The notes under the pieces: model-generated
What the model saw: only the letters and a program-made list of their open reading frames with translations
The model's database searches: none
What the model was told of the DNA's origin: nothing
In this document: positions 9,224 through 17,502 of the stretch, piece after piece
How the letters are laid out: each line of letters begins with the position of its first letter
Position numbering within the stretch: the stretch's first letter is position 1
Virus record (IMG/VR): IMGVR_UViG_3300020152_000001
Location: 108,766 to 132,731 of that record
Strand: one strand, 5' to 3'
DNA length: 23,966 bases
From: a virus
Lineage: Duplodnaviria; Heunggongvirae; Uroviricota; Caudoviricetes
Translations under genes and position numbers: made by a program

Positions 9224-11029
9224 TTAGACAGGGGTAGTTGGGGAGAAGCGATCGATCTGGATCATGCAGGCCGTGGCCTGATCGCGGAACGCCGTGAACT
9301 CCATGGTTTCCATGATGTCCTGGTCGATACCGCCCGGGGCCACGGGGTCCGAGGTGATCTTGATCGCGGGCAGTGAGTAGTAATACGTGTTGCCGTCGAG
9401 GTCGGTGAACGACCAGCCAATCGACACGGTGTCATGGTCGATGAAGGCCTCGTACATCTCGAAGTTCTCGAAGTACGCCGTCAGTGTGCCCGTCAGCTGG
9501 AAGCGGCCGGTGCCGATGCCACGCGGGAATTTCGAGCCCACCGCCATTTGGTTGCGGAGGCTGGCGTCGCCTTCGAGGGCGATCGATTGCAGAGCCGTCG
9601 CGAGGCTGACGCCGTTCTTGGTCAGCGAACCGACGTTCGTGGTCGCGTTCATGACCTCGGTGGCCGGAGCCTGGAGGTTCACGTAGCTGCCGCCCACGAG
9701 GAACGGATCATCAGTCGGAGACCGGCGGGTCTCGCGGCCTTGGAACGAAAACGAGCCCGTGACGATCGCGCCCGAGGACACGTCCATTTTCCAGGCGCCG
9801 ACGCGGAGGCCGTCTTGGATCAGGTGCTTGTCGACATCGTTGAACGAGGTCGCGATCGAGGTCGATTGCGCCAGGATGGCGGCCACGTCCCCGGGGTTCC
9901 GGAGCATCGAGCCCTTCACCGTCACCGGGGCACCGGCAGTGGCGTCGGCGGCGATGTTCTCAGCGACAACGATCGCGTCGTTGCCGGCCGAGACAACCGT
10001 GAAGAAGCCGCGAGCGGTCGGAGATGCACCCGTGAAATCGGTGATCGTCGTGTTGCCATCGGCGTCGGCCACTTCCGTGATCGAGCCGTTGACATCGTTC
10101 ATATTGACCAGGGTCACCGTGTCCGTGGCGACGCTGACCTTGAGGTTCAGATTGCCAGCGACAACGTCGGCGAGGATGGCCGCAGCCAGAGCCGCAGCAG
10201 ACGCGTCAGCATCTGCGCCGGGCGTCAGTTCGCCAGGGTCGCCGCCAAACGTATAGGTGATCGGGTCGTTGACGCCGTCGTCGATTTCAATCGAAACCGT
10301 GGTCGCGACTTCGTCGAACTGGATGGAGCCCGTCGCGTAGCCCAGGCCGTTGACGAAAATCTTCTGGCCGGACCTCAGCTGGCCGGTGGCGATGGCCGAC
10401 GTGAAGACGCCCACACCCGCCAGGGTGTTCGTCGCGGCGACAGCAGAGATGCCGGTGTTGTTGAGGACGAAGACATCGTTGGCGTCGAACAGGCGAGCCG
10501 CAGCCGCACCGGCTTCGGCGACGGGCGTGCCGGCGACGCCGGTCACGTCAATATCGGTGTTGCCACCAGTGAAGTTGACAGCGGCGACTTCGGCGTAGGT
10601 GTTGTTGTTCGGGTTCGCGAAGCCTTCGGTCTTGATGCGGCGGCCAACCGTGAAATAGTCGCTGTAGTCGGCGCCGGAGATGCGAAGGGTGTTCGCGTCG
10701 ACCCAGCTCAGGGTCGCGCCCTTCCACTGGTCGAAGCCCATCGGCCGCGTCCACGTGCCCAGCACGAATTGCTGGATGAAGTCGTCTTGGCTGCCGGCCG
10801 AGAACTCGAAGTTCACGTCGCCGCCGGACATCGCCGACACTTCGACGACCGAGGAGACCATGCGGTCGGCGCGGAGTTCGTCAGACGTGACTGTTTCCTT
10901 CGAAGCCGCGAGGCTCGAAGAGGTCAGACGCAGTTCGCGAACAACGCCGGAGGCCGGGGTCTGACCCCAAGCGGACGGGCTCTCGACGATGTAACGCAGA
11001 CTGACGCGGTTTGAGTCGGCAAAGCTCAC
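9224..11029 (-). CDS. Major tail tube protein with inserted decoration domains (601 aa)
   Basis: AGGAGG RBS and GTG start. N-terminal DSNRVSLRYIVE..WGQTP...SDELRADRM...GGDVNFEFS and C-terminal G.F.LTG.LTAYFE...Y..LP.IK...D motifs of the YuA/phiCbK-type tube family (recall). Confidence 0.9.
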   Translation of the reverse strand: MSFADSNRVSLRYIVESPSAWGQTPASGVVRELRLTSSSLAASKETVTSDELRADRMVSSVVEVSAMSGGDVNFEFSAGSQDDFIQQFVLGTWTRPMGFDQWKGATLSWVDANTLRISGADYSDYFTVGRRIKTEGFANPNNNTYAEVAAVNFTGGNTDIDVTGVAGTPVAEAGAAAARLFDANDVFVLNNTGISAVAATNTLAGVGVFTSAIATGQLRSGQKIFVNGLGYATGSIQFDEVATTVSIEIDDGVNDPITYTFGGDPGELTPGADADASAAALAAAILADVVAGNLNLKVSVATDTVTLVNMNDVNGSITEVADADGNTTITDFTGASPTARGFFTVVSAGNDAIVVAENIAADATAGAPVTVKGSMLRNPGDVAAILAQSTSIATSFNDVDKHLIQDGLRVGAWKMDVSSGAIVTGSFSFQGRETRRSPTDDPFLVGGSYVNLQAPATEVMNATTNVGSLTKNGVSLATALQSIALEGDASLRNQMAVGSKFPRGIGTGRFQLTGTLTAYFENFEMYEAFIDHDTVSIGWSFTDLDGNTYYYSLPAIKITSDPVAPGGIDQDIMETMEFTAFRDQATACMIQIDRFSPTTPV

Positions 11030-11031
11030 TG

Positions 11032-11072
11032 GGGCCTCCTAGAAGACATCAGGCAAAGGGGCTCGGAGGCCC
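11032..11072 (-). promoter_or_regulatory. Leader with an 8-bp anti-Shine-Dalgarno inverted repeat for the tail tube gene
   Basis: Transcript GGGCCUCC (11072-11065) is complementary to GGAGGCCC (11039-11032), which contains the RBS. Confidence 0.45.
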
Positions 11073-11097
11073 AAGATGTGGGAATATGGCGTTAGCC

Positions 11098-11147
11098 AAA
11101 ATATCGTAAACGTCGCTGGTGTCAATATGGCTAACGGCTCGCGTCAG
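11098..11147 (-). promoter_or_regulatory. Putative promoter P3 with operator half-sites
   Basis: TTGACA (11125-11120), 16 nt, TATTTT. Plus strand TGTCAA-N5-CTAACG-N5-CGTCAG. Confidence 0.5.
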
Positions 11148-11153
11148 ACCAGA

Positions 11154-11582
11154 TTACCCCTCTGGGGCGTGCCGTTCGTCCCGGAAGTAAGGGACCTTGA
11201 CCCCTACCCCAGCGAAGCCTCGGCGATCGGCGGCCGGCGGATAACTGGCGGCCCGGAGCGTCAGCCGGGCTCCGTCTTCGAGCTGGTGGTCTCGTTCCTG
11301 GAAATGCCGGCCGATGCCGTTTGCGACGGTATTCGCCAAGGCGCTGCCTGTGTTCTCGGGCTGATAGACCGTGATTTCCAGGTCGCCCTCCAGGCGCACC
11401 ACGAAGTTAGGTCCGAGGTTGGCGCGGACGGCTCCCGCCTCCTTGATCCTGATGGCGACGAAAGGCCCGTCCGGTTGTTCGAACGGAGCGTTCGTATAGG
11501 CGACGGGGATCGAGGGGTGGTTCGCCGTCATGAAGTCGCGGAGCCGCGTCTCCAGCAACTTGCGTTGGGTTTCAAGAGACAT
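11154..11582 (-). CDS. Tail terminator protein, plain copy (142 aa)
   Basis: Size, position directly before the tail tube, and motifs P.AY.NAPF..P.GPF and G.L.I.VY.PEN.GS fit the tail terminator family. Confidence 0.8.
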   Translation of the reverse strand: MSLETQRKLLETRLRDFMTANHPSIPVAYTNAPFEQPDGPFVAIRIKEAGAVRANLGPNFVVRLEGDLEITVYQPENTGSALANTVANGIGRHFQERDHQLEDGARLTLRAASYPPAADRRGFAGVGVKVPYFRDERHAPEG

Positions 11583-11593
11583 GTCAGTTTGCC

Positions 11594-13567
11594 TTACAGT
11601 TGAGCATACTCGTATTCGATCAGGTAGTTGACCGCGAGCTGATCGCCGGCAGCCCAGCCGTTGGCCCCGGTGAAGTTCAACCAGAAGCCCGTGTCGCCTT
11701 CGGTGATGGTGACGGTGCCGCTATCGGTATTCCGAGTCCGGTTGCGGACGTTGCTGTTGTTGGCGTTCGGATTGTAGACCGTGACTTGTCCAGTGACCCA
11801 CCCGCGAAGTGCGAGCGGGACTTTGTACGGGATGAAGTGGTTCTGTTGCGCCGTGTTCGCGGCGACAGAAGTCATTCCGTGATGCCCTGCTGAGCTGTTG
11901 TTCGCAGGTGTCGTGAACGGTCCAAACGATTTCTGGCAGTACGGAAGACACTGAGCCAGCGACTCTTCATATCGAGCAGGATGCCACATCGCGGGATCAT
12001 ACGAGTCACCGCGCGTGAGAACTTGCTTCGAGATGTCCAGAGTTTCGTCTTGCGCCATCGTGCCTTCGATCCAGACGATTGTAGCCGTCTGATTGACGTT
12101 GGCTGGAGTCACGCCAGACACCTGAAAAGTATTCCAGACGTTTTGCGTGAGCGGAATGGCGCCGGAAACCGCAACGACTTCCCACTGAGCAGCGGTCTTG
12201 AAGAAGTTGCCTTGTGTGAAGGTGGTGCTCGTCCAGTCGAGTACGGGGTCGGAGCCAACACCGTCCCAGACGTTGGTGCCAGTTGATTTGTACGCGAGGA
12301 TGGCACAGCGAAGACTCTGTCCCGCTGCTGAAGGTCGAGCCCGGCCGCCATACACAATCTCTTGGCCGTCACCAATCCAGTTGATGCCGCGCCGATCGAT
12401 CTGAGTTTGCATTTGGCACATGCCAATGCGCTGCGGTGTCCCGCTTGCTTGAATCAGTCGAAAGCAGCAAGCAGCGCCGTCGCCGTCATGCAGGAGCTGT
12501 TCGATCCGCGAGGTCGCTGACTGCGTGAGAATCTTCCAGCGATCGACTGTCATGCGATTGTCGGCACGGTTGGTGCCGCTGTTCATCTGACCATTGCGAC
12601 GTTGGTCGATTAAGCCATCCCAGTTATCGAGATAGTTCGGCGCCGCCCCGCCCCCGCCGCCTGTAGCGGCGTCGGCCCAGCCCACATCTCCGTCGCCGTC
12701 GCTGTTCTTCACAAGAACTTGGCCGGTCGTGCCGCCAACGGGAACGCCTTCGCCGCCGGCAGCGAGAAGCTCCCAATACACGGCGTTCGGTGGTTCTTGA
12801 TTAGAGTGCGTCTGTACGCAGATGTACGAGTCGCCTTGGTGTTCGACGGCATCATCAACTGCATACGCCGTGGCGTCGCTCCATTCACCTTTCCAGTTGA
12901 GGCCCTTGTCACCTTGCGGGCCCTCGTCCCCTTGTGGGCCTTGCTCACCCTGAAGGCCTTGTTCGCCTTGTTCGCCTTGGATGCCTTGCGGACCTTCGGC
13001 GCCGGTATCGCCTTTCGACACCATGAGTTGCCAATCGTCCGGCTGAGACACCGGAACCTGATTGGTGTTCGTCGTCAGCGAAATGTAGGCACTGCCGTTG
13101 TAGTAGACGGTGTCGTTAGGCTCGTACTCGGTGGCGTTGTTCCAGGTACCGCGCCACGTGATGCCTTCTCCTTGCGGACCAGTCGGACCTTGGTCGCCCT
13201 GCGGGCCGGGGATGCCGCCGGGCACCCAACCGCCGTCAGGAGCCCAGAACAAGGTCTTGCCGGGCGTGAGAATGCACTTGTAGAGCTGATAGTCGTCGGC
13301 ATCATCGCGGAAGTAGACTGTAACTTCTATGTCCGCAGTGTCTGCGTTGTAGATGTTGATCGACTTCGTCTGACGCTGAAGCGTACCAGACGCAGGAGGA
13401 GCGATGATCTCCGTGAGTGTGCTTCCATTCAGGAAACCAAACTGCACGCCCGGCACGAAGATACCGTCGCCGATGTCGACGTAGTCACACTGAAAGCGCG
13501 GCTGATGAACTGCCGGCGCTTCAGCGATAGCGGCGTAAATCGCACGAGTGGTCGTAGTCAGGATCAT
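11594..13567 (-). CDS. Fibre protein: N-terminal adaptor domain, collagen, 2 CBM5/12-like repeats, C-terminal putative receptor-binding domain (657 aa)
   Basis: Start reassigned to ATG 13567 (MILTTTTRAI), 2 nt after the upstream TAA. Gly-X-Y runs, W-x-G-x-W..Y..D.V...G..Y...P..W repeats, GGTTGQVLVKNSDGDGDVGW fibre motif, and a C-terminal DQR..G..DRW...E.L..C..Y.QKS pattern of jelly-roll fibre tips. Confidence 0.82.
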   Translation of the reverse strand: MILTTTTRAIYAAIAEAPAVHQPRFQCDYVDIGDGIFVPGVQFGFLNGSTLTEIIAPPASGTLQRQTKSINIYNADTADIEVTVYFRDDADDYQLYKCILTPGKTLFWAPDGGWVPGGIPGPQGDQGPTGPQGEGITWRGTWNNATEYEPNDTVYYNGSAYISLTTNTNQVPVSQPDDWQLMVSKGDTGAEGPQGIQGEQGEQGLQGEQGPQGDEGPQGDKGLNWKGEWSDATAYAVDDAVEHQGDSYICVQTHSNQEPPNAVYWELLAAGGEGVPVGGTTGQVLVKNSDGDGDVGWADAATGGGGGAAPNYLDNWDGLIDQRRNGQMNSGTNRADNRMTVDRWKILTQSATSRIEQLLHDGDGAACCFRLIQASGTPQRIGMCQMQTQIDRRGINWIGDGQEIVYGGRARPSAAGQSLRCAILAYKSTGTNVWDGVGSDPVLDWTSTTFTQGNFFKTAAQWEVVAVSGAIPLTQNVWNTFQVSGVTPANVNQTATIVWIEGTMAQDETLDISKQVLTRGDSYDPAMWHPARYEESLAQCLPYCQKSFGPFTTPANNSSAGHHGMTSVAANTAQQNHFIPYKVPLALRGWVTGQVTVYNPNANNSNVRNRTRNTDSGTVTITEGDTGFWLNFTGANGWAAGDQLAVNYLIEYEYAQL

Positions 13568-13569
13568 GA

Positions 13570-15372
13570 TTAGATGCCGAGTGAGATGCGGGCCATGACG
13601 CCGGCCCAATCCGTTTCTCCGCCGCCACCGCCGCCGGCTTCCGGTTGCGGTACGAAGATTTCCCAGAAGGACGGAGAGACCGCTGGGTTCTGATTGGTGC
13701 TGTTGGCGATGGCGATGAACGTGTCGCCGGTGAAGCTCACGAGATCATCGACGACGTAAGCGACACCGGAATCCCACACGCCGCGCCAGTTTGCGCCCTT
13801 CGGGCCTTGCGGGCCGACCTCGCCTTGTGGGCCCTGTGGTCCGACTTCACCTTGCGAGCCTTGCGGACCTGTGGGGCCGATGCTGCCTTGAGGTCCTTGT
13901 TCGCCTTGCGGACCTTGCTCGCCTTGCAGGCCTTGCTCGCCACGCTGAGCGACAAGCTCCCACTCGGGAGCGCTGCCTGGAGTCTGCGCCGCAGTTACGG
14001 CTTCAGTTGCAAACCACGAACTCCCATTGCGTTCGACGATGTCGTATTGATCGTAGTCTTGTGGGGACCAGGGACCGCGCCACGCGCCGACGCCGGGAGG
14101 ACCTTGCGGGCCTTCATCGCCTTGCTCGCCTTGGATACCTTGCGGGCCGGGATCACCTTGCAGACCTTGAAGGCCTTGCGGGCCTTGTTCGCCTTGCTCG
14201 CCTGCGGCGCCATCCTGACCTTTCGCGGCGACAAGCATCCATACGTCGCCGGCTACAGGTTCCACACCTGAGTTGGCGACGATCGCCACAAACGACTCAC
14301 CTTGATACGAGACGACTTGGCCCTGCGTGTAGAGAGTGCCGCTGTTCCACTCACCAACTGGAGTGAAGCCGACACCTGGAGGGCCTTGCTCGCCGTCGTC
14401 GCCGGTGAATCCTTGCAGACCTTGCGGACCCTGCGGACCTTGCTCGCCATCGACGCCGCGCTGTGCAAACAAATCCCAGTCGCTGGGATTCGAAGGTGGC
14501 GTGTCGCCAACTGTCGTCCGCAGCGCGATATACGAGCTGCCTTGATATTGGACACCATCGCCTTCGACGTAGATGGTGCCACCCTGCCAGAGACCTCGCC
14601 ACACGATGCCGGCGCCAGGAGGACCGTCATCGCCTTGGGGGCCCTGCTCGCCCTGCGGACCCTGGATGCCTTGTGGGCCTTGGAGACCTTGCGGTCCTTG
14701 CGGTCCTTGCGCGCCGGCTTCGCCCGTGTCGCCCTTCTCTCCAGGAGGTCCCTGATCTCCGGTGTCGCCTTTATCGCCTTTGATGGCGACGAGTTTCCAG
14801 AACGGTGAGTCCGGGACTTCCGGACTCTCGCCGACGTTTTGGAAGTTGCAGAAATACGAACTGCCGTTCAGTTGAACGACATCAGTCTCAACGTATTCGA
14901 TCTCAGGGTCCCACGGTCCCTGAAACACCATGCCAGGGTCGCCGGCAGGGCCTTGACCGCCGCGAGACGCCAACAACGACCAAAACGCGCCGCTGATTTC
15001 GGGCACATCTCCGGTCGTCTCTTGCAGTGCGATGTAGGCGCTGCCGTTATTGTGAACGGCATCGTCCTTCACATACGAAGTCGCGCCCGACCACGCGCCG
15101 CGCCAGTTGATGCCGCCGCCGTGCGAAGACTGCTCAAGCGGAAGCCAGTTGATGGGATCGAGCTGACGCAGCTGGTACGGCGTCATGTCTTCTTGCACGA
15201 AGACAATCATGCCTAGGCTGAGACGCAGAGCTGGAATGTTGTCTCGCGCTGCAATCGTCGCGACTTCGCGCCAACCGCCTTTGCCGTAGAGGGCATCGTG
15301 CGTTGCGTAAGAGTCCTCGTCGGTGAACGGGACGACCTTCGCGGCGACGTTGGTTCCTGAGAGCGCCGCCAT
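13570..15372 (-). CDS. Collagen-like fibre with 6 CBM5/12-like repeats and N-terminal A domain (600 aa)
   Basis: Start at ATG 15372 (TAATG overlap). About 60 Gly-X-Y triplets in 5 blocks separating six Trp/Tyr-rich ~50-aa repeats. Confidence 0.88.
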   Translation of the reverse strand: MAALSGTNVAAKVVPFTDEDSYATHDALYGKGGWREVATIAARDNIPALRLSLGMIVFVQEDMTPYQLRQLDPINWLPLEQSSHGGGINWRGAWSGATSYVKDDAVHNNGSAYIALQETTGDVPEISGAFWSLLASRGGQGPAGDPGMVFQGPWDPEIEYVETDVVQLNGSSYFCNFQNVGESPEVPDSPFWKLVAIKGDKGDTGDQGPPGEKGDTGEAGAQGPQGPQGLQGPQGIQGPQGEQGPQGDDGPPGAGIVWRGLWQGGTIYVEGDGVQYQGSSYIALRTTVGDTPPSNPSDWDLFAQRGVDGEQGPQGPQGLQGFTGDDGEQGPPGVGFTPVGEWNSGTLYTQGQVVSYQGESFVAIVANSGVEPVAGDVWMLVAAKGQDGAAGEQGEQGPQGLQGLQGDPGPQGIQGEQGDEGPQGPPGVGAWRGPWSPQDYDQYDIVERNGSSWFATEAVTAAQTPGSAPEWELVAQRGEQGLQGEQGPQGEQGPQGSIGPTGPQGSQGEVGPQGPQGEVGPQGPKGANWRGVWDSGVAYVVDDLVSFTGDTFIAIANSTNQNPAVSPSFWEIFVPQPEAGGGGGGETDWAGVMARISLGI

Positions 15373-16561
15373 TACGCCCACACCACGCTGATGGCGGCGC
15401 CTGTTTGGATGTTGTTGAAGCGGATGACATTGTAGTCTTCGGTGTGACCGCTTGCGTTAGTTAGACTTACGACGGAGACCGTGAAATCAGAGAACGCGAG
15501 GCCGCCAACGGTGACGGAGCTAGGGACGCCGAACGATGCCGGATACGCGTAGTACGGATACCGCCCGCCGCTGGCGTTGTAGGTGATCGCCTTGCCAAAC
15601 GACGTGGCAAACTCGCTGCCGCCGAGCGCAAGAATTTGCGCGTTGTTCAGTGTCGTCAGAGCCGACACGCCCCAATAGCGGCGACGGCGGAAGGCGATGC
15701 TCGTACTCGCTTGCCGAGTTTGCTCGCCGTCAGACATCGTCAGCGTCCAGGTGCGATCGGCGGTGAAGGGCCCGGCTACGGTTTCGCTGCGATCACCGAC
15801 GACGAGATCACCGACACCTTGATTGATCGACTGGCTGACTTCGTCCTTGTTGTACGACCACGAGAGCGTGACATCGGCGACGGAGCTGCCAATCTCCATG
15901 GTGCCGCGATTGTTCGTGAAGCTCGTGATCTGCGGCGGCGTGTAGAACAAGGAATCCAGAGCTTCCTTCACGTTCGTGAAGCCGGCGTTGTTGTAAGCAA
16001 CGTCCTCTGCGTAGGAAGCTCCGCCACCGCCGCCTTCGAACACTTCCCAGGCGTCGACGCCGACTAGCTGATACGCGGTAGAGTCTTCCCGGACGTAGAC
16101 GATCATTCCCGTGGAGCGACGAAGCTCCGGGATGGCATCGCGATCGGCGATGGTGTCGACTTCGCGCCACCCTCCCTTTCCGTATTCGGCGCTGTGCGTT
16201 GGGAATTCGTCAGCGGAGTCGAAAGGAGCGAGCGGTGCGGCGACGTTGGTGCCAGGTATTGCAACCAAGGTTACGCCCACATGACGGAGATTGCGGCCCC
16301 GTGCTGAATGAAGTTGAAGCGCAGAACGTTGTAGTCCTCGCCGTTGATGTTCACGCTTGAAACCGTGAAAGCAGAGAACGCCAAAGAGCCGATCATGACC
16401 GAGGCCGGCACTCCGAACGACGCCGGAATTGCGAAGTACGGATAGCGCCCGCCCGTGCAGTTGTAGATCACGGTCTTCACGAAGCTCGACGCCATCTCTT
16501 CGCCGCCGAGAGCCAGCACGCCATCGGCATCGAGAGACGGAGAAACGGACACGCCCCAGTA
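15169..16561 (-). repeat. Diverged tandem duplication of a ~0.5 kb unit (B domain, stop, A domain) spanning gene boundaries
   Basis: Units 16561-16065 and 15677-15169. Hand alignment: B domains 62/96 identical, A domains 42/63 identical. Both junctions read TGG GCG TAA. Confidence 0.9.
15372..16268 (-). CDS. Fibre adaptor/linker protein A-(Ig-like)-B (298 aa)
   Basis: Start reassigned from 16748 to TTG 16268 ([12 protein letters not shown]), 2 nt after the upstream TAA, by homology with the next gene's start [12 protein letters not shown]. Central beta-rich segment ([21 protein letters not shown]). Confidence 0.8.
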   Translation of the reverse strand: MVAIPGTNVAAPLAPFDSADEFPTHSAEYGKGGWREVDTIADRDAIPELRRSTGMIVYVREDSTAYQLVGVDAWEVFEGGGGGASYAEDVAYNNAGFTNVKEALDSLFYTPPQITSFTNNRGTMEIGSSVADVTLSWSYNKDEVSQSINQGVGDLVVGDRSETVAGPFTADRTWTLTMSDGEQTRQASTSIAFRRRRYWGVSALTTLNNAQILALGGSEFATSFGKAITYNASGGRYPYYAYPASFGVPSSVTVGGLAFSDFTVSVVSLTNASGHTEDYNVIRFNNIQTGAAISVVWA

Positions 16562-17005
16562 AATGGGCTTCAGGCCCGGCAACACGCTGTCGCTCATCTC
16601 GTCGCGATAGTAGTTGCAGCGCATCATCGTCCGAGCGAACCCGCGAGCCACAGGCGCTGGCGGATACGCGAAGGCGCGGAACGTAAGCTTCGCCGTGTCT
16701 GCGAGCTGAAACTTCTGCTCCTGAAACAGCGGCGCGATGCCATCGCACAGCTGAGTCATCAAAACGCTGCCGCTGTTCTCCGGCTGATAGACATCGATTT
16801 GCAGGACGCCGGGATGGCGCACCACGTATCGGGCCCCAAGGTTGGCGCGGAAGCCGTCACCATCCATGAGGTACACGGCGATGAAAGGACCATCCGGCTG
16901 GGAGAACGGCGCATTGAAGAACGCGATCGGCACCAGCGGATAATTTTCCGCCATGAAGTTCTGGACCCTCGCTTCGACGAAGGCGCGTTGGGTCTGGAGC
17001 GACAT
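16271..17005 (-). CDS. Tail terminator paralog fused to a C-terminal B domain (244 aa)
   Basis: Residues 1-136 align ungapped with 11154..11582 (70/136 identical). Residues 149-244 match the C-terminus of the next gene. TAATG-coupled to the neck gene. Confidence 0.85.
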   Translation of the reverse strand: MSLQTQRAFVEARVQNFMAENYPLVPIAFFNAPFSQPDGPFIAVYLMDGDGFRANLGARYVVRHPGVLQIDVYQPENSGSVLMTQLCDGIAPLFQEQKFQLADTAKLTFRAFAYPPAPVARGFARTMMRCNYYRDEMSDSVLPGLKPIYWGVSVSPSLDADGVLALGGEEMASSFVKTVIYNCTGGRYPYFAIPASFGVPASVMIGSLAFSAFTVSSVNINGEDYNVLRFNFIQHGAAISVMWA

Positions 17006-17490
17006 TAGATCGCTCCAGCCTGCATGCGTGCTTCCAATTCCGAGAGCGCGACGCCGATCATACCCATGGGGCTACGCTGACGCAGCGGCGACTCCGGCAG
17101 CTGCCCAGCTTCGAGGCCGGCCCACTGTTCGGAGTTGTTCGACAGGTAGACGACGCGGCCGAAAGTCTTCGACCAATCTATCTCATGAAAGCTGGCGTTC
17201 GCCATGCCTTCGTTGGCGCGGCGGCGAGGTTCGGCTCCGAGCGGCAAGTCATTCGTTCGGCCCGGGCTCGCAGGAGAGTTGATGGGCTCGATGGTGCCGA
17301 CAAACGGAGTGTCCAGCGACCATTGATAGTTGGCGACGGCTTCACCCGTATGCACGGGCGTGCGAGCAAGCGCGCGTTCGTGAATGAAGAAGGCGATGCG
17401 CTCGATGCGATCTGTCATCTCCTTCTTCTTTTCCGGAAGAAAGGACTGCAGATGCTTGGAGAATGCGGCGCGGTTCTGGATGACGCTCAT
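17005..17490 (-). CDS. Neck / tail completion protein, HK97 gp10-like (161 aa)
   Basis: AAGGAGG RBS. Motif ARTPVHTGEAVANYQWS...VYLSNN..Q..GLE.G...Q.P.GM; canonical position. Confidence 0.82.
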   Translation of the reverse strand: MSVIQNRAAFSKHLQSFLPEKKKEMTDRIERIAFFIHERALARTPVHTGEAVANYQWSLDTPFVGTIEPINSPASPGRTNDLPLGAEPRRRANEGMANASFHEIDWSKTFGRVVYLSNNSEQWAGLEAGQLPESPLRQRSPMGMIGVALSELEARMQAGAI

Positions 17491-17502
17491 TGCCGCGCCT
17501 CC

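Noticed and set aside
9434-11014. 526-aa plus-strand ORF antisense to the tail tube (also 647..1189, 7300..8313, 12719..13573, 13645..14271 and similar)
   Set aside because: Typical shadow ORFs of GC3-biased genes: Arg/Gly/Val-rich, no motifs or RBS, and fully overlapped by well-supported minus-strand genes.
11154-11582. One terminator copy being a decaying pseudogene
   Set aside because: Both copies are full length, align without indels, and keep the same conserved motifs.
13760-14780. Short near-identical DNA repeats (ccttgcgg.. units) as a CRISPR array or VNTR
   Set aside because: They are Gly-Pro/Glu-Gln collagen codons in frame, with no constant repeat-spacer structure.
16269-16748. 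160-codon N-terminal extension of the 458-aa ORF, or a -1 frameshift fusing the terminator paralog to the next gene
   Set aside because: The extension is Arg/Ser-rich off-frame sequence, there is no slippery heptamer near the stop, and homology with the paralogous A domain places the start at TTG 16268.
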